DNA of 39,870 nucleotides. Source: a virus (Duplodnaviria > Heunggongvirae > Uroviricota > Caudoviricetes). This document shows positions 28,227 through 35,884 of the stretch, piece by piece (positions within the stretch are counted from its first letter, which is position 1; every line of letters starts with the position of its first letter). Position numbers and translations under genes: made by a program. The notes under the pieces are model-generated. The model did no database searches and was not told where the DNA came from. It was given only the letters and a program-made list of their open reading frames with translations. The stretch lies in the IMG/VR virus record IMGVR_UViG_2734482574_000014; one strand, 5' to 3'.

Positions 28227-28503
28227 CAGGCACAGGCACAGCGGCAGCAGGCACCGTTGCCAGTGACCGGCGGACAATGCTCTGCTGTTCCTCGCTGTGC
28301 TGCATGTTCTGCTGTTTTTCATTCGTGGCCGCCTTGCTGATTTGTGAAATGAGTTGCAGGGTGCGTTGCTGGTTTGCCAGCACCAGACGGGCTTCGTCCC
28401 GTTCACGCACAAGCACATGATTATTGTCCTCAAGGCGCTGCGTCTTCTGGTGCATTCCCCATACCACGGCAGCCAGCACGCTCATCACCCCCAGCGCCGC
28501 CAT
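28153..28503 (-). CDS. i-spanin (Rz-like); start taken at Met 28503
   Basis: N-terminal TM MAALGVMSVLAAVVWGM then coiled-coil; GGAGG before ATG; track ORF extends to 28674. Confidence 0.5.
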   Translation of the reverse strand: MAALGVMSVLAAVVWGMHQKTQRLEDNNHVLVRERDEARLVLANQQRTLQLISQISKAATNEKQQNMQHSEEQQSIVRRSLATVPAAAVPVPDDVADRVRRAVCEIRAGEAGADPR

Positions 28504-28615
28504 ACAGCCTCCGGCAATCAGGGCCGGTAAGGGATTGTTCACCGCAGACACAGCACACCCCGCAGCAGCACAACGGCACACAGCAGCGCAATCATGAGCG
28601 GTCGCCAGAAGCGGT

Positions 28616-29116
28616 TCAGACTTTCGGCAAATCGTAACGACATAACCATTCATCCGCCGAACGGCGGGCCTCAAGACCGGGGAGTTTTACCCCCTTTGAA
28701 TAAATCCAGCGGATATACTGCTTACAGGACGCGGGCATCTGCCCGGCATTGATAAGGCGCAGGAGCGTGGAGTTGCGAAAGTTCGTTTCACCGGCCCAGA
28801 AAATCCAGGAGGCCAGCGCCACCGTCTGACCACGGGTAAGCGGCACCTGAACATGACGATCGATAGCCGCAAAGGCCCATTTCATGTCCTTTTCCAGCAG
28901 CTCCAGACACTCTTCATCAGTTTTTGTCATCCCCGGTTTCACATCCGGGCCGGTATGGCCGTAACAGATGGTGGGGGTGCCGGTGGGATCAATGTACGTG
29001 GTGTTTTCTTTCCCTTCCCAGTAGCCGGTGTAGTGCGTGGCAATGGTGAACGTCCCGGCTCCGGCCAGAACAAGGGCAATCAGCTTTTTACGCAGGGGTG
29101 CGGGGAGTTTTGGCAT
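28616..29116 (-). CDS. SAR endolysin (phage lysozyme)
   Basis: N-terminal signal-anchor LIALVLAGAGTFTIA followed by E...D...T catalytic motif EGKENTTYIDPTGTPTICYGHTG. Confidence 0.8.
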   Translation of the reverse strand: MPKLPAPLRKKLIALVLAGAGTFTIATHYTGYWEGKENTTYIDPTGTPTICYGHTGPDVKPGMTKTDEECLELLEKDMKWAFAAIDRHVQVPLTRGQTVALASWIFWAGETNFRNSTLLRLINAGQMPASCKQYIRWIYSKGVKLPGLEARRSADEWLCRYDLPKV

Positions 29117-29187
29117 TGTTACGCTGTCTCATGGTGTTCTCTGAGTCAGCGTAACCGTGAGGAAAAGGGGGCAGGATTTGCGGAATA

Positions 29188-29610
29188 TCAGAAAAGCCGT
29201 GGCTGCGTGCGTTCCTGATGCAGGCGACGCTGGTTGCGGATAACGGAGTAAATCTGCGTCTCTGACATCTGGTAGTGGCGGCGCAGGGTTTCAATTTTTT
29301 CGCCCTGGCTCCAGCGGGAAAAAATTTCATTATTGCGCAGTTCGGTGAAAAGGGATTCACCGACCGGGAGATAATAACCACGCCCGCCCATGTACCCGGC
29401 CTGTGCGGCTGCAACCTTACGGGCAAGCATTCCCGCCTGAGCAGGTTCAATCCCCTGACGGTGCAGTTCAGCACTGATCACATCAACCAGGTCCCGCAGC
29501 GTGCCGGGCCAGTTCTTTTTCAGCTCATCATCAGGAATATCATCCAGACGGTCAATCAGCGCGTGCAGCTGTTCGCTGTCACCAAACATGCTCATCTGTG
29601 TTTCAGCCAT
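29188..29610 (-). CDS. Mor/C-family transcriptional activator
   Basis: C-terminal region ...YYLPVGESLFTELRNNEIFSRW...IYSVIRNQRRL resembles Mu Mor (from memory). Confidence 0.7.
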   Translation of the reverse strand: MAETQMSMFGDSEQLHALIDRLDDIPDDELKKNWPGTLRDLVDVISAELHRQGIEPAQAGMLARKVAAAQAGYMGGRGYYLPVGESLFTELRNNEIFSRWSQGEKIETLRRHYQMSETQIYSVIRNQRRLHQERTQPRLF

Positions 29611-29641
29611 ACCCGCCTCCGGTCATCATTACACAGGGCAA

Positions 29642-29680
29642 GTTTAAAATAAAAATCCCGCGCTGTGGCGGGATTTGGGG
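29642..29680 (-). terminator. rho-independent terminator on minus strand, between gemA-like gene and Mor/C gene
   Basis: Stem ATCCCGC/GCGGGAT (29655-29661, 29668-29674), loop 6 nt, followed on minus strand by UUUUUAUUUU. Confidence 0.6.
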
Positions 29681-30193
29681 TTAACGGGGGAATGATTTTT
29701 CATACAGCCTGCAAACACGCTCATAACTCATCACTGCACGTTCCGACATATCCAGGGCTGCCAGCATTTTGCGGCGGTGCCAGCGTTTGAGACGCTCCAG
29801 CACATCAGAGGCCAGCGCGGGTTGTTGCTCCAGCCACTGCCAGTTAGCCACACCTTCGCCGTCGTTCTGCGCGGCCGTCTGCGATTTCACCCAGCGGTTA
29901 AGGGCCGTTTCCCCGCCATCAGAGATAAATCCCTGCCGGTGCATCACTTTCCAGATGGCGCGAATTTTGGCGGTCACCGTACCCGGTTTTAAGGCCCGGT
30001 TAACCGGCTTCTGACGCACTTTAAAACCGCGTTTTTTGAAAACATCCAGCACGCGGGATAACTCACCGGGTGACATATCACGGCAACTGGATTTGCCGGT
30101 GGCTGCCAGCAGCGCGGATGTATAGGTATCATGGTCAAGCTGTAGATCGCGTTTTGCGACATGTATTAAGGTAATCAGGGAAGCGCGATTCAT
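29681..30193 (-). CDS. GemA/gp16-like protein (DUF1018-type)
   Basis: N-terminus ...LITLIHVAKRDLQLDHDTYTSALLAATGKSSCRDMSPGELSRVLDVFKKRGF typical of this family (from memory). Confidence 0.6.
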   Translation of the reverse strand: MNRASLITLIHVAKRDLQLDHDTYTSALLAATGKSSCRDMSPGELSRVLDVFKKRGFKVRQKPVNRALKPGTVTAKIRAIWKVMHRQGFISDGGETALNRWVKSQTAAQNDGEGVANWQWLEQQPALASDVLERLKRWHRRKMLAALDMSERAVMSYERVCRLYEKSFPR

Positions 30194-30206
30194 TATCGTG
30201 GCTCCA

Positions 30207-30235
30207 TAAAAAATGGGCGGTGTTACCGCACCGCC
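30207..30235 (-). terminator. terminator-like hairpin plus U-tract on minus strand, immediately upstream of gemA RBS (possible attenuator)
   Basis: Stem GGCGGTG/CACCGCC (30216-30222, 30229-30235) followed on minus strand by CAUUUUUUAUGG. Confidence 0.45.
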
Positions 30236-30263
30236 ATGTCAATTAACATAAAAGGAAAAATCT

Positions 30264-30503
30264 ATGTCAGATATAAAAAATGCACTTGATGTTGCCGCAT
30301 TCACAATGGCTGGAAATCTTATGGTAACCCTGTTCGATAAGGGGCTGATTTCCCGTGAGGAGGCAATACATATTATCAATCTCGCTCAAAAAAACTCTAC
30401 CCCGGAAAATGCAGAAGATATCCAGGATGGCTCATATATTAATACCGACTGGCATTTCGACAATCTCCGGGCCTGTATGGGGATTACCGCTGAAAAAGAT
30501 TAA
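30264..30503 (+). CDS. hypothetical protein, 79 aa, opposite strand, AT-rich
   Basis: AAGGA RBS 7 nt before ATG; 3' end overlaps convergent minus-strand gene by 20 nt. Confidence 0.4.
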   Translation: MSDIKNALDVAAFTMAGNLMVTLFDKGLISREEAIHIINLAQKNSTPENAEDIQDGSYINTDWHFDNLRACMGITAEKD

Positions 30504-30771
30504 AAATTTTTGCATAATGTTCAGATGTAAGAATTGCTGAACCATCAACACCGAGCCTACGGCGAACGTATTCCTCGCGGGCTATTTTATTATCCAGAGA
30601 TACAGCATCCTTAATCAGGTTAATCTCCCGCTCCATTATCAAAAGGGCTTCTCTGGCTGCAAGATTTTCTTTTATCGCATATTCGATAATGTCCCGCATA
30701 CGTTCAAGCATGCCGATTTTAGCCAGTTCTTCGTCGATAGATTTAGGCGCAAATTTGATTTCTTTTTCCAT
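30484..30771 (-). CDS. hypothetical helical protein, ~95 aa (start at ATG 30771; track ORF uses upstream GTG)
   Basis: ATG immediately after stop of zinc-ribbon ORF (TAATATG); AT-rich. Confidence 0.55.
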   Translation of the reverse strand: MEKEIKFAPKSIDEELAKIGMLERMRDIIEYAIKENLAAREALLIMEREINLIKDAVSLDNKIAREEYVRRRLGVDGSAILTSEHYAKIFNLFQR

Positions 30772-30772
30772 A

Positions 30773-30916
30773 TTATTCATCCTCACAATTTATACATGCA
30801 GTGTCGTCGCCCATATCGCAGTGGTTACATTTTATCTCACCACAATGTGGGCACTCTTTCAGATACTCCGGGTCCTCATTTCCACAGGTGGGACATTCAA
30901 CAATTTGCTCATCCAT
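30773..30916 (-). CDS. small zinc-ribbon protein, 47 aa (four CxxC pairs); below ORF-track size cut-off
   Basis: Hand translation MDEQIVECPTCGNEDPEYLKECPHCGEIKCNHCDMGDDTACINCEDE; GGGGA RBS; ATGGATGA overlap with upstream gene stop. Confidence 0.55.
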   Translation of the reverse strand: MDEQIVECPTCGNEDPEYLKECPHCGEIKCNHCDMGDDTACINCEDE

Positions 30917-31241
30917 TATGTATCCCCTGTAATTCCGGCAAGGCCGAAAGATGGCACCAGTGCGTCACCTGTCCGTCCTCATCTTCAAGGCAGGCTCCGG
31001 TTTCTTCATCAATAAAAAAGCCTTCATACCCCATATGGCCGATGCGCAGTTCCTGTTGGTCACCATACTGAACAATCAGCACGACAGCCTCCATATCAGG
31101 CGGAAATGCGTCATCCAGTGAATGCCAGGGATAACCGCGCAAATCCCCGAAATAAACGCCGGTCAGCGTTCCGCCACAGAGCGGCATTCCGGCGGCACAC
31201 ACAAGAGGTTCATCTGATTCAACAAATAAGGTCGTTATCAT
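30909..31241 (-). CDS. hypothetical acidic protein, 110 aa
   Basis: Translationally coupled within early operon. Confidence 0.55.
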   Translation of the reverse strand: MITTLFVESDEPLVCAAGMPLCGGTLTGVYFGDLRGYPWHSLDDAFPPDMEAVVLIVQYGDQQELRIGHMGYEGFFIDEETGACLEDEDGQVTHWCHLSALPELQGIHNG

Positions 31242-31789
31242 GGCGTTAACTCCCGTAATACAGCGTCCTCGGCAGTCCGGCGACGGTAATAAACTGCGTG
31301 AGCAGAATGTTCAGATATTCCAAACTTTTCGCCAATTTCCCGGAATGACAGACGGCGTGGGTAATCGGAATCACGCAGCTCACGTATAAGACGTACATCA
31401 TCATCAGATATGCGCGTGCCGGGGCGTAACTCTCCGCACTTTGTTAATCCAGCACCAATCATTCCTGCCCGACATCTGACAGAATCTTTATTACGTCCGA
31501 GATATTCTCCCATTTGCTGGCAGGTCATTGTTCTGGCATTTTTTCGAATAAACTTATCTTCATCAGGTGTAAATCTTGGGTGTTTATATTTCAGTAACTC
31601 CGGGTATGAACTGCGCAATACACCAGTCCGGTTATATACAGCCCAGACAGTTCTTTTTATTCTGGCAGCAATATCCTTAACCGGGGTGGATGAATAAAGC
31701 GCAATCAGCAGCGCATCTTCTTCAGGTGTCCACGGACGGACATGAGCGGGGGCGCGACCTTTTAGTCCCATGGGTTGTAATTTCATCAT
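31238..31789 (-). CDS. putative DNA-binding protein (Myb/SANT-like W-x-EED and C-terminal HTH-like segments)
   Basis: PWTPEEDALL and SFREIGEKFGISEHSAHAVYYRR segments. Confidence 0.5.
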   Translation of the reverse strand: MMKLQPMGLKGRAPAHVRPWTPEEDALLIALYSSTPVKDIAARIKRTVWAVYNRTGVLRSSYPELLKYKHPRFTPDEDKFIRKNARTMTCQQMGEYLGRNKDSVRCRAGMIGAGLTKCGELRPGTRISDDDVRLIRELRDSDYPRRLSFREIGEKFGISEHSAHAVYYRRRTAEDAVLRELTP

Positions 31790-31792
31790 GCA

Positions 31793-32308
31793 TCACCCCC
31801 TGACTCGCTTTTCAGCAGCATAAAACTCATCAGACAGTATTTCGGTCATTTTCTGTTTTGCGGGTTTTACGCCGCACTGAAGGTAAATCACATCGTCAAC
31901 GCAGAACCACTTCACAGGGCCAAACAGGATTGCCGAGAAATCAATACCCAACCAGAACAACAGCGCATCGGTTCTGGCATACGTGACGGGCGAATATTCA
32001 CGCCACAGACTGTTCAGTTCATCAGAGGCAACACGCAGGGTTTTAGGGATACGTGATGTGCGCGGTGTGCAGCTCCAGCCATTCGACGCAGTCGGTTTTC
32101 GCCATAAGTCGCGATGAAAAGGATATTTGTCCTCCGTAAAACGCAGTCCCTTAAAGTAAAATCCACTGATACCGGATACAAATACCGACCGGCACGCAAC
32201 ATTCAGCACGGCCTCAAGGCGTTTTGCCTCATCCTTAACTTTCTGGCAGTCCTGCTGGTATTTTTGCCACGCAGCCAGCGCGGAAGGGTTTGATGTTTTA
32301 AAGAACAT
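31793..32308 (-). CDS. hypothetical protein, 171 aa
   Basis: ORF in early operon. Confidence 0.5.
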   Translation of the reverse strand: MFFKTSNPSALAAWQKYQQDCQKVKDEAKRLEAVLNVACRSVFVSGISGFYFKGLRFTEDKYPFHRDLWRKPTASNGWSCTPRTSRIPKTLRVASDELNSLWREYSPVTYARTDALLFWLGIDFSAILFGPVKWFCVDDVIYLQCGVKPAKQKMTEILSDEFYAAEKRVRG

Positions 32309-32841
32309 TACGCCACCTCCGCAGATATCCCGGCAGGCGCTGCTGTCCGGTCAACAATCAGGTAGCGCAGAACATGTTCAGTGATATTCCAGCCGCTTAA
32401 ACCGCAGATAATGACGCCCAGGCGTATGTCGATATACGCCATCACAAACTGGGGCACGCCTTCTTTCATGGCCTGCTCATCAACTTCAGCCACCACATAA
32501 ACGGTTTCACAGGTCAGAACGCCCTGAGCAAATTCCCACGCCATCGACGGAATATCATGCCCCTCAATCCATGGCAGGGATTTTCTGAAGCCGCACCACT
32601 GAACATCATCAGCCGCAGATTCCTGGCTGCATTTGCGACGAACCGGCTGCACCGGGCGGGGACGCGGAATATCATAAAAACCGTTACATTCCGTCAGCAC
32701 GCCTGCATCAACCGCATCACGCAGAAAATAAACCATGGAGGATGGCGGCATATTCATTTTTTCAGCCAGTACACCGCAGGTCAGGCGGCCATAAATACAC
32801 AGCCAGTTTTTAACCCCTTCAAGCACTTTTGCATCAATCAT
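32308..32841 (-). CDS. hypothetical protein, 177 aa
   Basis: ORF in early operon. Confidence 0.5.
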   Translation of the reverse strand: MIDAKVLEGVKNWLCIYGRLTCGVLAEKMNMPPSSMVYFLRDAVDAGVLTECNGFYDIPRPRPVQPVRRKCSQESAADDVQWCGFRKSLPWIEGHDIPSMAWEFAQGVLTCETVYVVAEVDEQAMKEGVPQFVMAYIDIRLGVIICGLSGWNITEHVLRYLIVDRTAAPAGISAEVA

Positions 32842-32986
32842 GATTTATTTCCCCACCACATTATTAATGACGATATAAACGTATTTCATATTTCTTAACC
32901 CTTATTTTCTGTTTTCAGGCGCAAGCAGTCCCCTGACGCGAGCGCCATAATTAAAATGAAGTGATATTTAATTGATTAATGCGGTG

Positions 32987-33517
32987 TTATTTATTCAGTC
33001 CGGCGTCCTGTTCAAAAGGCTCGACATAAAAACTTTCAGCGCCTTTATTCACCTTGATACCGGCAATGCCTTTCACAGCATCCGGCTCCGCCAGGACGGC
33101 TTCCTTGTTCACTTCCTCTTTCGTGCGGATGAAACGCTCAAGCCCCATACGGCGCAGCATTTCAATCACACCTTCCACATCACGGCTGACGCTGCATGAT
33201 GGCGTTCCCAGCCGCCATGACACCGTTCCGGTGGTCAGATTGGCTGTTTTGGTTTTGCCGCCGTTCGTCAGCTCATCACGGTTGGTTTTGCACCAGTCCT
33301 GAATCCCTTTAAAAAGCACTTTGATTTGCTTTTTAAGATTTTCAATCTGCGGCGTATAACGGGCGGTGATTTCTGCCACTTCGTCATTCATCGCCGTTTC
33401 CAGGCGCAGCGCCTCTCGCTGAATATCTCCCAGGGTGCGGATATCACGGCTGACTTCTTCCCGGGTCTGCGGTGCCGCCTCGGCTGCGGCCTTTAATTTT
33501 GTAACGCGTTTAGCCAT
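32987..33517 (-). CDS. gam: host-nuclease inhibitor Gam (Mu Gam / Ku-like)
   Basis: Long near-colinear similarity to Mu Gam as recalled: ...IRTLGDIQREALRLETAMNDEVAEIT...CKTNRDELTNGGKTKTANLTTGTVSWR...ERFIRTKEEVNKEA...EPFEQDAG. Confidence 0.85.
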   Translation of the reverse strand: MAKRVTKLKAAAEAAPQTREEVSRDIRTLGDIQREALRLETAMNDEVAEITARYTPQIENLKKQIKVLFKGIQDWCKTNRDELTNGGKTKTANLTTGTVSWRLGTPSCSVSRDVEGVIEMLRRMGLERFIRTKEEVNKEAVLAEPDAVKGIAGIKVNKGAESFYVEPFEQDAGLNK

Positions 33518-33528
33518 TTTGTTTTTCC

Positions 33529-33822
33529 TTATTGCAGTGTGCCTGATGCTTTATGCACGCGGTGGCGTTTAATGATGGCATCCGCTCCAAAAGACTGTGC
33601 AGATGCCTGAAATTCCGCTGAGAGAAACTGAATAATTGCAGGACTGTGATACTGGAGAATACTTGCATAAACGTCACAGAGTGACGTCGGCCTGTTATCC
33701 GTATCACGTTCTGTTTTCACATCCACTCCAATCTTTTCATGCACTTCAACACAGTCATTGCCTGCCAACTTTTCGTCATGCGAAACATGATTAAATTCAA
33801 AAATAACGCGTACTTTGCTCAT
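33529..33822 (-). CDS. hypothetical protein, paralogue 2 (starts MSKVRVIFEF)
   Basis: Shares N-terminal MSKV-R-IFE(F/Y) and central ...AEF.A... pattern with adjacent gene. Confidence 0.5.
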   Translation of the reverse strand: MSKVRVIFEFNHVSHDEKLAGNDCVEVHEKIGVDVKTERDTDNRPTSLCDVYASILQYHSPAIIQFLSAEFQASAQSFGADAIIKRHRVHKASGTLQ

Positions 33823-33826
33823 GGAA

Positions 33827-34099
33827 TTACCCCTGTTGATTAAATTCATTACCGTTAATAACCCCGGAAGCCATGCCTCTGTCTTTCATGAATGCACTGG
33901 CTTTCATTGCCACAAACTCTGCGAAGTTTCTGCTTTCTGCCAGCATAACCACCCCAAAAATCATGGCGGGTCCATTATCTTTCTTCTTTATTCCGGTTGA
34001 ACGTATATCCAGACTTACCCCTCTGTGCGTGCTGCCATCAGAGTTTTTGCAGATAACATCTTCCTTGTATTCGAAAATAATGCGTACGACTTTACTCAT
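33827..34099 (-). CDS. hypothetical protein, paralogue 1 (starts MSKVVRIIFEY)
   Basis: Tandem with 33529..33822. Confidence 0.5.
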   Translation of the reverse strand: MSKVVRIIFEYKEDVICKNSDGSTHRGVSLDIRSTGIKKKDNGPAMIFGVVMLAESRNFAEFVAMKASAFMKDRGMASGVINGNEFNQQG

Positions 34100-34377
34100 C
34101 CTCTGGTCCTCGTTCTGTTTGGATAACTGACCCGGCGTCTAACCTCACGGCAGAACCGAATCATGGCATTAAAGGCTTCTTCCTCCGTCACCGCTTCCGG
34201 TATCCCCGGAACCAGTAACTGCTCCTGTTCATCACGTCCATGACGCGCCATAACCTCAATCACATGCCGTACCGTGGCAGGCTTTCCGGCAACTATCGGC
34301 AATGCACCTTCCGGCAGGACGTAACCAAACTCAATAAGACCACTCGACCACGCCCATGCAATGAGATTTTTTTTCAC
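34096..34377 (-). CDS. hypothetical protein, 93 aa
   Basis: ORF in early operon. Confidence 0.45.
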   Translation of the reverse strand: MKKNLIAWAWSSGLIEFGYVLPEGALPIVAGKPATVRHVIEVMARHGRDEQEQLLVPGIPEAVTEEEAFNAMIRFCREVRRRVSYPNRTRTRG

Positions 34378-34378
34378 C

Positions 34379-34645
34379 TCACACCTCCCAGTAAACCGTG
34401 CAGCCGCTGATGCGGGTGGCCTTCACACGGCGGCGCAGGCCGTTGGTCTGTATGGTGATTTCAATTTCACCGGTTCCCTGCACGTTGCCTACCGGCGGCG
34501 TGGTTTTCAGTGCAAAACGTTGCGGATAGCGCTTACTGCGTTCCAGTACCGCACCGGCAAGTTCGGTCAGACGGCGCGCGCTGTTCAGGGAGTCGAATAA
34601 ATTCATTTTGTTACCGCAGGATTGCATATTCATATAACACCTCAT
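34379..34645 (-). CDS. hypothetical protein (~83-88 aa)
   Basis: ORF in early operon. Confidence 0.4.
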   Translation of the reverse strand: MRCYMNMQSCGNKMNLFDSLNSARRLTELAGAVLERSKRYPQRFALKTTPPVGNVQGTGEIEITIQTNGLRRRVKATRISGCTVYWEV

Positions 34646-34873
34646 TTAGCTGACTTGTTTCGCACCAACAGAACGGCATATTCCGCTGTAAACTTCTGTC
34701 GCACCTTCGCGATCAAGTCCGGCAGATATCACCATTCGTGTGCGGTCATTAAATTCAAAAAGTAAATCGCCACATTCTTTATTTTCGGCCAGTGAAATCA
34801 CCTTCACGTTATCGAAATTAACCAGGTAAAAGCGTCCGTAAATATCAGGAATATTAAATACCGCCATAATCAC
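34646..34873 (-). CDS. small protein at Mu kil position (75 aa)
   Basis: Immediately downstream of B-like gene, as Mu kil. Confidence 0.4.
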   Translation of the reverse strand: MIMAVFNIPDIYGRFYLVNFDNVKVISLAENKECGDLLFEFNDRTRMVISAGLDREGATEVYSGICRSVGAKQVS

Positions 34874-35811
34874 ACCTGTGAGAGTAATTCAGGGTTGGTA
34901 TAAACCTCTTTAAAGGCCGCATTAATATGTTTTTCTGTCAGCGCCGCGCCTTCACCGCTGGCGGTGAGCCACGCCTGGTTAAGCGTATGTGTCAGAACGC
35001 GTAACGCTCCCGGCTTTTCAGCGATAGCCTGCATGACGGCCAGCTCGGCCTCACCACTGATCCCCCACGCCATGGCAATGGCCAGCACATCCGCCTTTTT
35101 GGCCTTGCGAAGTTGTTTTGTACGGGCAAGACGGCTGAACAGGCGCGATAAATCATCAAAGGCGCGGCGTCCACCTTTAAACAATCCGCGCGGGTTACCA
35201 ATAAGCACCATCCCGATCCCCGTGGCGTCCTGAATTGCCCGGAGTTGCTCCAGACCGTCAATACCAAGATGATCCGCCTCATCCACAATCACCAGTCCAC
35301 GCGTTCCCATCAGGCGACGGCGGATGGCGCGGGATAATGCCCCTTTGTTCGCGCGGGTGTAATCAATCCCCAGCGCATCGGCCAGCTCCAGCAGACACTC
35401 CGTGACGCTGGAGTGCGCGGGTGACAGGGTGATCATCCAGGTGTTTGGTTGCTCCTGGCAGTAATTACGGGCAGTGGCCGTTTTACCCACACCCGGTACG
35501 CCCACAATAACGTTAATACAGCCCATCAGGCGAACCGCCTGAAACAGTGCGCGCAGCTCCTGGACTGTCTGAGTTTCCACAAACTGCGGCGGTTCCGGCA
35601 GTGCGCTTTGTTTATTCCAGTTCTCATACCAGGAGCGCAGGGAAGCAGCCACAGCAGCGTTATCGCCTTTATATTTTCCCTTACGGAAAGCCGATAATGT
35701 GCCGTCGGAAATTCCCGCCTCTCTGGCGATGGCATACTGCGTCAGTACGCCGCCATCAATAAGTTCATCAATGGTCTTGATTACATCGTTAATATCGGTC
35801 ATATTATTCAC
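34870..35811 (-). CDS. B: MuB-like ATP-dependent target DNA activator
   Basis: 313 aa with Walker A GVPGVGKT, directly after transposase gene. Confidence 0.85.
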   Translation of the reverse strand: MNNMTDINDVIKTIDELIDGGVLTQYAIAREAGISDGTLSAFRKGKYKGDNAAVAASLRSWYENWNKQSALPEPPQFVETQTVQELRALFQAVRLMGCINVIVGVPGVGKTATARNYCQEQPNTWMITLSPAHSSVTECLLELADALGIDYTRANKGALSRAIRRRLMGTRGLVIVDEADHLGIDGLEQLRAIQDATGIGMVLIGNPRGLFKGGRRAFDDLSRLFSRLARTKQLRKAKKADVLAIAMAWGISGEAELAVMQAIAEKPGALRVLTHTLNQAWLTASGEGAALTEKHINAAFKEVYTNPELLSQV

Positions 35812-35884
35812 CTCGCTTGAGACAGCATTCTCCGAGACTGAAACCTCAAATAACCTGAGTCACCCCTCGGGTTATTTTTTTATT

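Noticed and set aside
28153-28674. 173-aa extended i-spanin ORF overlapping the endolysin 3' end
   Set aside because: It would place the TM segment ~55 residues from the N-terminus; the Met at 28503 with GGAGG upstream gives a typical N-terminal-TM spanin. The longer form cannot be fully excluded.
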